From: Octopus sinensis | Taxonomy: Eukaryota | DNA length: 64,000 nucleotides | Assembly: GCF_006345805.1 (NCBI RefSeq) | Contig: NC_042998.1 | Coordinates: forward strand, 107,198,001-107,262,000 | Direction of reading: 5' to 3' | Part shown: positions 13,390 through 27,734 of the stretch, in pieces | Position numbering within the stretch: the first letter of the stretch is position 1 | Layout: each line of letters starts with the position of its first letter | Notes under the pieces: model-generated | The model's database searches: none | The model's input: the letters and a program-made list of their open reading frames with translations, nothing else | What the model was told of the DNA's origin: nothing | Made by a program: the position numbers and the translations under genes

Positions 13390-13808
13390 TAGTTTTATTT
13401 TTATAGCGTGCTTTCACTTCACTACCGAGCGCAGCTCTGTGTGCCTTGGGTATGTGCTGTGATTTGTTGTGATGTTCTGATGGTTATTGTATGGAAAGTG
13501 TTCTGCGTAGGATGTGTGCAGTGCCTAGTAGTGCAATTTTCTGTATGTTATATGTGTTTGTAAGTCCTGGTGTTTTTGTTATGTATTTGTTTGAATATTT
13601 TTTTATCATGCCTAATGCACCTACTATGATAGGAATTGTTTCTGTTTTCAGGTTCCAAATTCTAGTTACCTCTATTTCCAGGTCTTTGTATTTTGAGAGT
13701 TTCTCCATTTCTTTTAGAGACACGTTGTCATCTGCCGGTATTGATACATCAATTAGAAAGCATTTTTTTTCTTCATGATCTCTGACAACTATATCTGGTC
13801 TGTTGGCC

Positions 13809-13809
<1 letters not shown>
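13322..13809 (-). mobile_element. 5'-truncated Dong/R4-like element (element 3), intact RLE segment, flanked by (TAA)n on both sides
   Basis: KANRPDIVVRDHEEKKCFLIDVSIP...KYKDLEIEV...IPIIVGALG...GTAHILRRTLSIQ*; same 3' UTR as element 2. Confidence 0.9.
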
Positions 13810-13866
<57 letters not shown>

Positions 13867-13929
13867 CTCCGTTGCTGTTATTCTTTAGTGTGACGTCGAA
13901 TTGAATGTATACTAAAAAATTCAACTCGA

Positions 13930-14760
13930 TGTGTCATGAGTCAAGTGCTGTCAGTTGAATTGATGTCAGATATTCTTATCCCTAATAGATAACTGTTTTG
14001 GGTTTGTTAGTGTGTTTTACCGCTTTTGTATAGAGAAGAGCATGACCTTAACTGATCTGCTTGGCCTTAATTGTTCTGCTTGGATTTGAAAGTATTTTCT
14101 CTTATAACAACAGCAAGAGACCCCATCAAAGATTTGGGAAGGTTGTTTTGGGATTTAGAGCTTTTCGGATCACAGCAATTTGCAACTCATTATCTTCTGG
14201 AGAAAATTTACCTTTCTGCAGATGCAGTATATCGAACACGTACAATTTTCTGAAACTCTCACTTTGAATCTTTGTGTGTATATGTTTGTAAGTCCCATCT
14301 AATTTCTTTCTCCTCCATATGCTTGTCTTGTACTTGCTCTATATACTACCGACCTAGAGGAGCAAGACCCTTTCGGTGAGCAATTCGGAATATTTCTGAA
14401 GTTACAAGCTGGTAAGGATTGGTCAAATGTGTATCGCATTGTGATATACGACTGGAGAATATCTCATTTTCCCGTTACTGGTGTTGAAGAGTTTGTGATA
14501 TTTGTGCTATTTGGAAAATTAGTTCCTAATAGTGATAGAAATTCCAAGCTATGTTGGTAGTTACTGCATATTGTCGGTTAGGTTGAACTCAGGTTCCGAA
14601 TTATATATGCGGATGTATGCTATTTTCTCTCAAAACCACTTCTTGTTAGTACCTTGTTGTAAGAGAAGTAACATGGTTGAAAATGTCTCTAACACTAGAT
14701 CGGAAATTTTTCTAATCATGCCAAGTTGAGTCAAAAGTTTTTTTCATATTTCAAGCATTA
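13930..14760 (-). mobile_element. Highly degenerate Penelope-like fragment (RT C-terminus and GIY-YIG region)
   Basis: Minus-strand ACNFRNIPNCSPKGSCSSRSVVYRA resembles the CNC..CP..G.C....VVY.A motif upstream of PLE GIY-YIG; many stops. Confidence 0.45.
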
Positions 14761-14849
14761 ATTAGCAGTTCAAATAAATCATTCATCGAAATATATCTCA
14801 TCATAATCTATTGTCTGTTGTCATTGTTGTGCCAGAAGCTCAATTCTAT

Positions 14850-15300
14850 GCTTATACCATTTGGCTAGTTAAAAGGCAAAAAGTCCTTGCAACCATTTTC
14901 AGCCTCATCCACATTGCTGAACCTTCATCCGTGCAGGAAATGAGACGTCGTGAAGCCTGGTCATTGGTCAGTTTAAAAGGAACTTTTTGACAGCGTCTGT
15001 CCCCAAGGCCGAGCTTATGGAGGTGTCGATTAAAGGGGATTTGTGAAGGACCAAGTTCTGCCGACAATGTACGAGTGCTTGTGATTGTCTATTGTTCAAT
15101 CATTTCAAGGATGGCCTCAACTTCCACAACGGGGGAAGGAGTCTCCCTGACTTTGTTTTGTCTTCAAAGCTGGTGTCATGTTCTTTAGAATGTCTGAACC
15201 ACTTAGGTTCCACACGTTCGTTGACAGTTCCTGGGCTTTCTACATTATTAGTTCCTTTTGCTGTTGACCTTGCAGTTGGTCCTTTCCCCACAGGCAGTAT
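14850..15300 (-). mobile_element. Mariner transposase N-terminal remnant
   Basis: GTVNER..KWFR..KE.DTSFEDK.KSGR, then LSAELGPSQ...RHLHKLG...VPFKLT across frameshifts. Confidence 0.8.
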
Positions 15301-16057
15301 TAAATTACTCTAATTACAATTTCTTCACCACTCATTATCAAAGCTGAAAAAAAAAAAGAATAAGCAATTAACGCTTGTATGTTATATATGAAAATAAAGA
15401 ATAAAAATTCAGCAGCGATTAAACAGCAAGCTGTATCAAATTAATGATATTACATGAAGATAAACCTTGACAGAAGTTATCAGCAAAAATCCGAAAAACA
15501 TTTGACTCAATCTGGCATATGAGTAAATGTGCATATGTGCGTGTGTGCACATGTGTGTATATGTTGTATTAAAGGCACGAATATGTTCTGCCTTTAATTT
15601 TATTATAGGTCTGTCATGAGACTAGGCTAGATATTAACTCGGTCGCAGAATTAATCCGTCTCAGAACTAATTTTCCACTTATTACTGGAATTTATTTAGT
15701 CATAAGTGAACTGAAGCAACATGAAGTGAAGTGTTTTTCTATCGCTGTCCTGAAATTAAAACCACAACCTTACAATCGTTAGTGCTACACCCTAACTACT
15801 AGGACAAGCGTTTTCATAACTTTATTATGAATGGTTATTTTCCATATTTTCACATGAGTTTTTACCATTTGTATAAAACAGTAAAGTCCCGAAATCCATC
15901 GTTATCACTAACGTTTCAATACTTTCACTGCTCGTCTACGGGGTATAAATTATTCCTAGTATGTGTCAATCCCTCATTGCTGTTGTAAGGAAATGTTTTA
16001 TCTTTAACATATGTTTCAAAGTAAATATGTTTTCCTTACATATGAATATGTGTGTAT

Positions 16058-16132
<75 letters not shown>

Positions 16133-16200
16133 TAAATATACATATATAAGCATATATGTACACACACACGCACACACGCACACACGCACACACGCATATT

Positions 16201-16238
<38 letters not shown>

Positions 16239-16732
16239 TGTGTGTGTGTGTAGCTTATTTGTATTCATTCCCCTGTCTGCATATCTGTCATTTGGATTAT
16301 TGTAGCTAAGTCTGGTTTATCGATCTGTTATCAATTAAATATATCCACATACTCGGTATATTTATATTGCAGTATCAACAACATCAACAGAATCAACAAC
16401 ATCAACATTCACAGCAATAAGAATAACAACGTTGCCAAAACAACTTCAGTAGCATTGGTGTTCCTTTTATGATATAAATGGCTGTGAATTCTTACGGTTT
16501 ACCCCCAAATCATCATAAGTATCATATTCGTTTCATATAACTTTACTTCCTCCTTTATGGCAACATCGTTCATTTCCAAATTTATAAACACCTTATTTGT
16601 CTTGAATGAAGGTGTATATATATATATGTGTGTTTGTGTGTCTGTGTGTGTGTATACATAGACATACATACATACATACATATATTTTTTTCTAGTTTCA
16701 GCTCAGAGCTGCGGCCATGCTGATGCACCGCC

Positions 16733-16798
<66 letters not shown>

Positions 16799-17032
16799 CT
16801 ATACTTCAATTGCCTTATTCAACGTTAGTATATATAAAGCACTTACGTATTTTACTGTTTTCCATATTGAAGTCAACGTCCGGTTTGCTGAGGAAAGTTA
16901 TAAGTGATAAATATAATTGTGCAGATCTATGTACTACTAAATGTATAGTGTATAAGCGAGTTACGCAGTCATCGATAATATTTAAATTACAAATTTATAT
17001 ATGTGTATATATATATATATATTATATATATG

Positions 17033-17105
<73 letters not shown>

Positions 17106-17115
17106 ATGTATATAT

Positions 17116-17175
<60 letters not shown>

Positions 17176-17459
17176 ATACTTGTCCAGTATGTTATTTACA
17201 TATTATTTACATAATATCGAGGTCTCTTTCATTCTTTTGTTGTCTTACCATTTTTATCTATATATAACTATCTATATATAACTCTGTTCAACATAAACAT
17301 AAACATAACGACGTAAGAAATTTGAAAAGCTAAACGCGAAACCGGTCTTTCTTCTAAACTATGTCATTGTAAGAAAAAATTTTTTATATTCTTCAGACAT
17401 ATTGACTCAAATATATATTTTTTAACCTTTAAGCCTTCTGTACTTTTTTCACTTTTTAC

Positions 17460-17517
<58 letters not shown>

Positions 17518-17726
17518 TATATACATATACATACATACATGAAAGAGTGGATACACGAAGGAAAAAGGCACTCTACACATTTTGTAGGAGTTACATATAT
17601 TATTTTAAACGGTTTGATTTGGTTTCCGTGTTTCTTCAAGTTTCGTAGACCTCTCACGGAGCGCGACTCCTTCAGACTTCTGGAATGAACGAATATATAT
17701 ATATATATATATATATATAGGGACAG

Positions 17727-18059
<333 letters not shown>

Positions 18060-18287
18060 TACAGACATACAAGAGATGCAGCACGGATTTTTGTCAGCGA
18101 ACAGGTCGCGGATTTTAGCGACGAAAATATTTTGACAAATTAAAGTTTAAATGTTGAAGTGAATCGAACGGCTTTCGTGTGTTTCTTAAATGGCTTACAA
18201 ACACCTTCCACGCTGCAATTGTTTTCGTTCCAGCACACGATCTCAGATCAAATCACTTGCTATGCGAGTACATCTCCGTAATATACA

Positions 18288-18353
<66 letters not shown>

Positions 18354-18570
18354 AATATATATATATATTATATGGCGGTGCCCCAGCATGGCCACAGCTG
18401 AAACTAGATAAAAATTAAAAAATTAAAAATAAATATATATATATATAATACGTACATACATGCATACATATATACATATATATATGTGTGTGTGTGTGTG
18501 TTTGTATGTACGTACGTACGTACGTATGTATTTGTATTATATAAATGAGAAAATACAACTCAATACATGA

Positions 18571-18603
<33 letters not shown>

Positions 18604-18867
18604 ACTGCGTGTGAGTATACTTGTATGGGTGAGTGGCCCAATGGTTAAAGTGTTGCATTCACGATCACAAGATCACTTCATCTCACGTTGCTCTGCGATC
18701 ACTTCGACATCTGACGTGTGACAGATGAAAGGAGTGAATTTATCTTCAGCACAAAGATTTGATCACTATAAAGAAATTATCTCTGCAGGTTGTTCTACAA
18801 ATAATTATGGAACCAGCTTTCTCAGCCTTGAGAGACGACTATTATTATCATGCCTATGTACGTATAC

Positions 18868-18910
<43 letters not shown>

Positions 18911-18926
18911 TTATTTATATATATAT

Positions 18927-19029
<103 letters not shown>

Positions 19030-19041
19030 ATATATATATTA

Positions 19042-19075
<34 letters not shown>

Positions 19076-19163
19076 ATATATTTAGTCTTTGACTATTTTC
19101 TCTTTTCCATTAGGCCGCTGGTAGCGATAAAGTTTTACTGAATTTTTTGCTACCCTAAATTGA

Positions 19164-19218
<55 letters not shown>

Positions 19219-19544
19219 GTAGGAAAATAGGAGTTGAAAATGCACTGAGATTAGTTAAAATATTTTTATTAATATAAAGTTTTAACCAGTTTCACAGTTT
19301 ACAATGATTTTCAAAAAGTTCAAATAGAAAGACGTGGCTTATGTCGCAACTGTCTTGTTTCTGACTAGTGTTTGAAGCTTGCCCAATTTTTATAGGGAGT
19401 TCATGGCTCAAAATAGTATATGCTTTTAATAGGATTTAATTGGTAGAGGATAGTCACATGACTGGTCTTGAAAATGTTTGTAGGTTCCCTGCTACGTCCG
19501 TGTGTTAGTATCAGGTGACAGTGTTTGGCGGACTAGAGGCAATA

Positions 19545-20170
19545 AATTTTTAGCTTGATAAATTCCTTCATGAAATTCCGGACAGAATTGAAAAGAATTT
19601 CATCACTGAAGGATTAAAATTTATCCTCGAAAACAACTTATTTGACTTCGATGGCAATATTTACAAACAAATATCTGGGACTGCAATGGTGACGAAAGTT
19701 GTTCCGACTTACGCTAATCTAATCATGGCATACATGGAGGTTCAAATCTATGAACAATCTAAATTAGTATACGGTTTGAACTTCCACAAATATCTACAAG
19801 AAAACTAGAAAAGTTACTGAGATGGTTGCCTAATTCTATGGACGTACACATTTGAACAACATATAGATTTCAAAAATCTAATCAATAGAATAAACAATAA
19901 TATTATCTTTACCATGGAATACAATAAAACTCAACTACCATTCCTATATATACTAATCATCAAAAGAGATAAAATTATTGAAACAAATATTCACTACAAA
20001 CAAACAGATTCTAAACAATACTTACCGTTCTCCTCGTGCAATCCCAAACATACGAAGAATAATGTCCCCTTTAATCTCGCGAGAAGAATCTGCACAATTG
20101 TCTCAAACCCTGAAACTCGTAATAAAAGATTCCAGGAAATAAAACAAGTACTATTTAAAAGTCAATATCC
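19545..20170 (+). mobile_element. Penelope-like (Neptune-type) reverse transcriptase fragment
   Basis: FILENNLFDFDGNIYKQISGTAMVTKVVPTYANLIMAYME...FTMEYNKTQLPFL...YKQTDSKQYL.FSSCNPKHTKNNVPFNLARRICTIVS; internal stops. Confidence 0.85.
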
Positions 20171-20231
20171 ATTAATGCTTTATTTACATTATTTACATTT
20201 GACGATAATTGTCATCAACTTGTTTGTTGTT

Positions 20232-20277
20232 AACACAACGTTTCAGCTGATATACCCTCCAGCCTTCATCGGGTGTC
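20232..20277 (-). ncRNA. Minimal type I hammerhead ribozyme variant (U4C)
   Basis: Minus strand: GACAC CCGATGA A GGCTG gagggtatat CAGCT GAAAC GTT GTGTT. Confidence 0.6.
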
Positions 20278-20367
20278 TTGGGGAAATTTCGAACCTGGAT
20301 TCTTATTTCTAAGGTATTTTTCGGTCGTTTTCTAATCCTATATCCTATGTCTCCTTCACTCTTTCTC

Positions 20368-20416
<49 letters not shown>

Positions 20417-20776
20417 CACCCACACGCAAAACCCATTTATCATACTTTCTCGCTACATATACACATCATATTTCCTCGCTATATATACATATTTACAATA
20501 TGAATACATCATTCAGAACACCACCAAAATATTGCCTGGATTTATCTGGGATTTTAAATAAAAAAAACTTGTACCTTCATGGAAGTACCGACCAACCTCC
20601 ATATCCTCTGGAAAAAGATGAATTATGAATATTATTTTCCTGTCTATATTCTTTTAACTACTTTTACTCTTTACTCTTCTATTTTACTACTTTATTCTTC
20701 TATTTTATTCCTTATAAACTGTGAATTTTATTCTTTGTAAACTATAAATTTTCCCACTCTAAAATATTCGTAACTT

Positions 20777-20813
20777 GTCTAAGATGACGGAATACCAGAA
20801 ACAGTTGTAAGAC
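20777..20813 (+). ncRNA. Hammerhead-shaped motif with AAGAUGA core in a probable PLE terminal repeat
   Basis: GTCT AAGATGA CGG AATA CCA GAAAC AGTT GTA AGAC; same strand as and downstream of the RT fragment at 19545-20170. Confidence 0.45.
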
Positions 20814-20858
20814 TTCAAATTCACGAGATGCTCGTTCTGCCTTGGTCTTTTTTACTCT

Positions 20859-20995
<137 letters not shown>

Positions 20996-21014
20996 TATAT
21001 ATATATATATATAT

Positions 21015-21055
<41 letters not shown>

Positions 21056-21069
21056 CATACATATATATG

Positions 21070-21830
21070 TGTGTGCACTTCCAAATAATGCTGACGTTTG
21101 CAATACTTCTAGATGGTAGGGTATCTCTAAGGTTTCCAGATGTTTTTTTCAGATTGGGTGGTATTGAACCCAATGCTCCGATGACAATAGAGATAACCTT
21201 TATGTTCGACTCTCGTAGCTACCACATCTTAGCTCTCTCAATTCTCGGGTCTCCATATTTATCAACCTTTTCTCTTTCTTTCATTATGATATGTTGATCT
21301 CCTGGCACTGCTACGTCGATTATTAGGCACTCTCGTTTGTCCCTCGTAAAGGTTTCTATATCCAGCCTTCGGTGCTCTAACACTTTCTCTGTCTGGAAAT
21401 CAAAGTCCTAGAGGATTTTACCGTCCCCTTTTCGTTCCCATAAATTCTGCAGAGGTCGGATACACTTGTGTCGTATATATTCTTTTTCCCTGACCATGGG
21501 CCGCAATTATCAGGCTTTCAGTATTCTTTTTTAGGTTGCCCTTCTGGAGTCACCTCCATGATGCTCCCTGGTCTTTTAATGTGTTGGCTTCACGGTGGAA
21601 TTGACCATGTAATTCCATACGGAGTAGGGTTCCTTCTCTCTCATTGGCTGTTCTTGTTCGGAATTCATGAGCACTCTCAAGTCCATTTTTGTTAACTCCT
21701 TCTGCACTAGCAACATACTGTAGCAGGTATTCTTTGCTATTTACCAAATATTCTGCTAGGTTTCTTTTTTCACTGTTGATGCACTCCCGTACGCTAATCA
21801 GCCCACGTCCACCCTTACTTCTCTTCATGT
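21070..21830 (-). mobile_element. Dong/R4-like retrotransposon 3' fragment
   Basis: KGGRGLISVRECI...LHGQF; ECLIIDVAVPGD...[10 protein letters not shown]. The 5' truncation abuts a (TAA/TAG)n tract. Confidence 0.8.
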
Positions 21831-21853
21831 ATTATTATTTTTTTTTTTTACTA

Positions 21854-21885
<32 letters not shown>

Positions 21886-23617
21886 ACTATTATTATTGTT
21901 ATCTTACTTTATATCGGCACAGCATTAGTATGAAAGTTACGAAAGTAACTCAAAGACAAAGTGTTTCATGCATAGCAAACAAACTTACTTTGGTAGGTAT
22001 CGTGACCGAAACTCTCAGCGTTTGATCACTTTTGTTTATTGTGTTTTTAGTTTTTGTTAGTCCTGCTTTTGGTCTTGAATTTAGATTATAGCAAAAAGGA
22101 ATACTTATACACACACTTTAATCAACCTTTATAAATTAAACTGTCACTATGATTAGAATATAATAGCTGTGACTATTGTTTAATTTTAAGGGCGTACATA
22201 ACTATATTATCTGTGGGGTTTTTTTTTCCTTTTTTTAAAATGAAAGTTTGTTATTTAAAGGAGACTTGGCTGCTATTTCTAGCAAGTGAAGCGACCACTT
22301 TAACTTCCTCATTGGTTCGAGTCGAGTCTCTACATTTGAAGCATTTTATAATGAGAATGAATATATGGAATAGAAGACTATTGTTTAAAATTACCCAGCA
22401 ATAAATATTTTCTGTCGCCAACAGCAGCCGGGTTACCTTTATGAAATCTAAATGATGCATGACTTTTGTTTGTTTGATTGTAATATTAACACCATGGGGC
22501 TGAATGAATCGTAACAAGTTTTATTTCCAAACGCTTACATGTGTCATTATTCACTCTGCCCGCAGAACTTCACTTACAGGCTGTTGTTATTGAAATTTGG
22601 TTGTAATCTACCTTAAATAATTCAATGAGAGTTCATATGCGGGTCCGGACATGTGGCTGCTGAGTTGAATATCTACATAAGCACATTCACTCTTCTACGT
22701 CCACACTTCGATGATACACATATACTGATATAATATCCTAGGTAATTTTAGTGATCAACGAGATTGATTAAAAACATGTAGTAACGTGCTTTGTATTCAT
22801 TTCAGCAGGGTTTTTTTTTAAATAACAAATATATCTTCGATTTATTGATACATTGTTTGTTGTTAAGTCAGAGAATAGAAGCTGCGCTCATGATCTTTGC
22901 AGACTGTCCTAGATCGGTGAGGTCGATATAGTCGAAGTCAAGCACGAACATCTTTAAACTGACGTTACAGGGAAAATATGGATAGATTGAGGCTTCTCAA
23001 CAGAAAGGATTGAGTAAAGTGTTTAGTGCAGGGTACTGAGATGTGATGGTCATTGTAGGAATAGTGAAAAGACAAACAATTGTTTCAAACTGTCTTGAGC
23101 AGAGGTGGTACGCAGCTTTAATATTTGAGAGAAGTAATCATTAAAAAAAACAATTGAGGAAGTAGTGCCGCTTTCGACAAGTAATTATAGTGCTTGAATA
23201 AACGAATGACCTTTCTTGGATAAGATATTACATGATAGACTTTCCGGAACAATATTTTAATGCAGGTTACTGTCACATATATATATATATATAGTATATA
23301 TACATATATTCTCTGTGTCAGTGTGTTGCATTTGTGTGTGCGTGTGTGTGTGTGTGTGTGTCCTCATCTTGTTTGTTCTTAACAACAAACAAGATGAGGA
23401 CAAATATCCGTCAATTGTAAATAATGTAAATAATGTAAATTAATAGTAGTTTCTCAAATCGGAGAAAGGCGGTTTTGCTTTTTCTTGCTGAACAACCTGC
23501 ACACAGGATTTGTTTATAGTGATCAAATGTTTATACTGCTCACTCTCTCCACCACTCGACATTGCCTGTACAGATGCACTATATCTATCTATCTATCTAT
23601 CTATCTATATATATATT

Positions 23618-23678
<61 letters not shown>

Positions 23679-23686
23679 TATATATA

Positions 23687-24910
23687 TAAGCTGCCGTACC
23701 CGGTAATTCCCGGAAAAGCAGGGCTTATCCCCTGGCCTCGTTCTCATAATTGTTTCGCTAATCCAAAGGCACGAATACAACGTATGTAGCCCTTAAAATG
23801 GTATTTGTGCATTTACAGAGAATACCGATCGTCTTACATAGGATCATGTTTTTAAGAAATCCCAATAAGTTATGAATACCAAAATCATCAAGTCAGCTAC
23901 GTAGTAACATGCAAATTAGTTAACTGATAGTATCAAAATAAAATAGCCCGGAAAAGGGCTTTAATGCGTTTCCAGAGTATATAGAACTTAGGAGAAAATA
24001 CCAATAAGGTGTTTATACCAAAATCGTGAAGCATGTTACGTAATAATAGGCAAATCGGATATGAGATAATAACAATTCAAAGTAAGTAACTCTGAAAAGT
24101 TCTTCATGCAGCGCTTGTCAATTGGCTGAAGTGACATAAAAGGCATCGTCATTCATGGTATATTAGTGAATAAGTCACTAACCGAAATAAATGGATCTAT
24201 TGTTGAGGAAAATACTATTTACTTGTTTAAGGGTTGTTCTGGGTAAAATGCGAAAATAACCCTTATGGTTCAAATACTAAAAAATAAATATACTCAACTT
24301 GATTTTTACCAAATAAAATGTAATATTTTGAAAAACATTTGTACAGTTGCCATGGAAACACTACGTTAATGGTAAAATTTGCAAATAAGTTATGGTATTG
24401 ATATCTCCATAACTCATGGCGAGATTTTATAGAAATTTGTTTTAAATGAAAGATCTTAGGTAGGTCTATGAAATGGCATTAAATTTATATATTGACTTAG
24501 GACAGGGGTTAGATTGATCGTATCACTAACCTTGTCTGACAACTTGTAAGGAAGTCCACGTAATGTAGAATGCACACGTACTTATACAACATAACCACTG
24601 GTAACCGATTACTCTAATGATAATGCTACTCTAATAAATGGAAGGAGAAATGACCAGTGGGCAAAAGAGAAAAATAAAGAAAAATTAATGGGATATTTCC
24701 CCTTGGCTGTTAAAGGAAAATAAACGAGTTATATCTGGACCCCTTCTAGGGCCTTTGCCGTCCAATTATAGATTTTCATTAAACTGCAATGAGCCTAGTA
24801 ACAAACTGGATGTTGGTTTAACATGTATATAAAGTTTCATGAAGATTTGTTACCAGGTGTAGACGGTAATTTGATACAAACAGACAACCAAACAGACTGC
24901 TGTTTATATA
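23687..24910 (+). mobile_element. Possible non-autonomous Helitron/Helentron-like element between (TA)n tracts
   Basis: 5' GC-rich agctgccgtacccggtaattcccgg and 3' aaagtttcatgaagat...acaaacagacaaccaaacagac...tttatatata resemble DINE-1/HINE-type ends; non-coding. Recognition only. Confidence 0.4.
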
Positions 24911-25239
24911 TATATATATATGTATGAATATATACATACATATATATGTATATAGGTATGCATACCTATATACAGGACGTCACAAAATGTAAACAACATG
25001 AAATACGAAAATAAAGTTGGGTACGCAAAGAACAAGAGAAACAAATGGAAAACAAGACAAGTAACATAAAAAACTACCCTTCATCAGTTGTCGACTGTCC
25101 TTCTACTCCTTATTTCGAGCATTGAACGACAATATAAGACTTTGCTCCCGCGAACCAAAATAAAGTTTGGGATTTGCGGAGGGTCAAAGTTGGTAACAAA
25201 AACAGGACATATGATTCTGTCGACCAAACCACCATGTCC

Positions 25240-25530
25240 TTATACATTGCTGGTCACAATACACTTCTATTCTTTCCTAGGTCACATCATACGACAACTT
25301 CGTGGTCCCATCTGTCGTTTGTAAACTTTGCTAAATGACCTGCTCGGGAAGACTTTTGTTTTTGATATTCTGCTACGACATCGTTCTTTTCACGCCATTC
25401 TCGTATAGCCTCTTCGGATATGCTCTTGTAACGATATTTCTTACATGGATCTTTCCATAGCACTCTATGTCGTATCCAGTCGTTGTTCTTTTTTCATAGT
25501 AACCCAAGTCTCGCGGGGTGCTCAAGTCCT
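25240..25530 (-). mobile_element. Degenerate RTE LINE C-terminal fragment
   Basis: ETWVTMKK...AMERSM..ISLQEHI and DVV......SRAGHLAKFTNDRW across frameshifts. Confidence 0.65.
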
Positions 25531-25581
25531 ACATGTGTGTATGTGTGTGTGTGTGTGCGCGCGCACACACGTATGTGTATG

Positions 25582-25624
<43 letters not shown>

Positions 25625-26581
25625 TTTATTTAAAAGCAGCAGAAAATTCAACAAAACCTGTTACTCTGAATTTCACGTTCCCGTTCGTGGGACAGTTTTT
25701 GCTAGAATGTGTTTACTCCGGTATATATATATATATATTATGCGTGTGTATATAAATATATATGTTGTGTGTGTGTGTGTGTTTATAATAATTTTGACAG
25801 TGGCTTCGATGTTTCACTCTGTGTGTGGATAATTCAATACACCCTGACATACAAAAACGCATGTACACATACATACAGACATATCAATATATACATACAC
25901 ATGTATATTTGCATGCATTGCATGCTTACACAATACACTCTCCATACATGTATGCCTTGCTAAGTATATAAATCGCTTGTAACATACGGCGTTATCAATC
26001 TCTCAAAATCATTCACAACATGTATTTGCTTCTAGCCAAATCGTCGATGAATGTCAGACGCAGACGTACCTCATATGGACATCTGTGTTAAAAGAAAACT
26101 TTTCAGAAGACCGACGGCGCCATAATTTTCATTATATCAATAACACTTTGCATTTGGGTTTCATCCTATATGTTTAAGGAAAATAAAAGATAATAAAAAG
26201 TCAATTATGATAAAAGCTTTCTTATAGGCATTACTAAAGATTATGTTATAACTGAGATTATTAGTTATTTTTTCCCTTAATTATAAATAAAATAATTTCA
26301 CATCAACCTGTGTTGGAGTTTATAAATATTGGTTTCAAATTTTGGCACAAGTCCACCAATTTCGGGGACGGGTAAAAGTCGATTACATCGACCTCAGTAC
26401 TCAACTGGTACTTATTCTATCGACCTCGAAAGGATGGAAGATAGACGGAATGCCGCTAAGCAGTTTGCGCGGCCTGCTAACGATTCTGCCGGCTCACCGC
26501 CTTTGGAGTCAATAAATATTACGACGAAAAACGAAGTTCAATAACAGTATTGCTGATGTCAGCTTGCCTGTCTCTCTCTCT

Positions 26582-26621
<40 letters not shown>

Positions 26622-27272
26622 GCCTTCTCTCTCTCCCTTTCTTTGTTATTTACCTCTTCTTTTCTTTCTCTTTCTTTCTTCCACTTTCTCTTCTTGTTTA
26701 CCATTCTACTTTTCCTGAACTATTTTAAATTAATTTGCTCTTTCTCCTCCCGTTTCTTCCCGTAATTATTCTGTTTTTCTGTCTTTTTATGTGTATTGGT
26801 ATCATTTATTCAAAATGCTATCACATTTTCTCATTCTTCAAACACTGATCTTTTAGTTCTTTTATCTATTCTTTTTATCATTATATTCGCCAATCCCTTA
26901 CGAATCTTTTCCATATGCTATATCTATTCCTCCATCTTATGTAGAGATTTATACATTTATGTATATTTATCGATCTATTAGCTTCACTTCTTCTACACAT
27001 ATACACGCATGTACACAAGCACACACACACACGCACATATATACATACATAATACATACATACATACATACATACATACATACATACATACATGCATACA
27101 TACATTCATACATGCATGCATGCATACATACATACATACATACATACATACATACATACATACATACATTCATACATACATACATGCATACATGCATGCA
27201 TACATACATACATACATACATACATACATACATACATACATACATACATACATACATACATACATACATACA

Positions 27273-27302
<30 letters not shown>

Positions 27303-27303
<1 letters not shown>

Positions 27304-27450
27304 GAGAAATTAGGTTTCTCAAAAGCAGAAAGGAGAAAGCTGATTCAAAGACTATAGATCCAATCCATCACTGAAACTGTAAAAATCTGTAAAACTTACC
27401 AGAAGCTTATCATTTAAGTACATAATGAGCATGTTTAGATATGCAAGTAT
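27303..27450 (+). mobile_element. Probable 3' end of an RLE-type LINE
   Basis: EKLGFSKAERRKLIQRL*IQSITETVKICKTYQKLII* following (TACA)n; recognised as an RLE-LINE terminus. Confidence 0.45.
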
Positions 27451-27632
27451 ATGCATAAGAAGACATACATAAAACAAAACATACAAATCTGCACGTATAT
27501 ATACATACATACGTACGTACAAGAATACCTTGTCGTTGATGTTGAATTCCAAGGAAGGAGCCTTGGTTCTAGGTTAGAAACTGGGTGTTTCTCTATTGGC
27601 AAGAAATCTTGAAATAAAACTGAAAATTACAT

Positions 27633-27734
<102 letters not shown>

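Noticed and set aside
21985-22020. ACC-GAAAC motif and a similar one near 27545-27600 as hammerheads
   Set aside because: No recognisable 5' core; at best very decayed relics.
25060-25160. CTGATGA and GAAA close together on the minus strand
   Set aside because: Order and stems do not assemble into a type I, II or III hammerhead.
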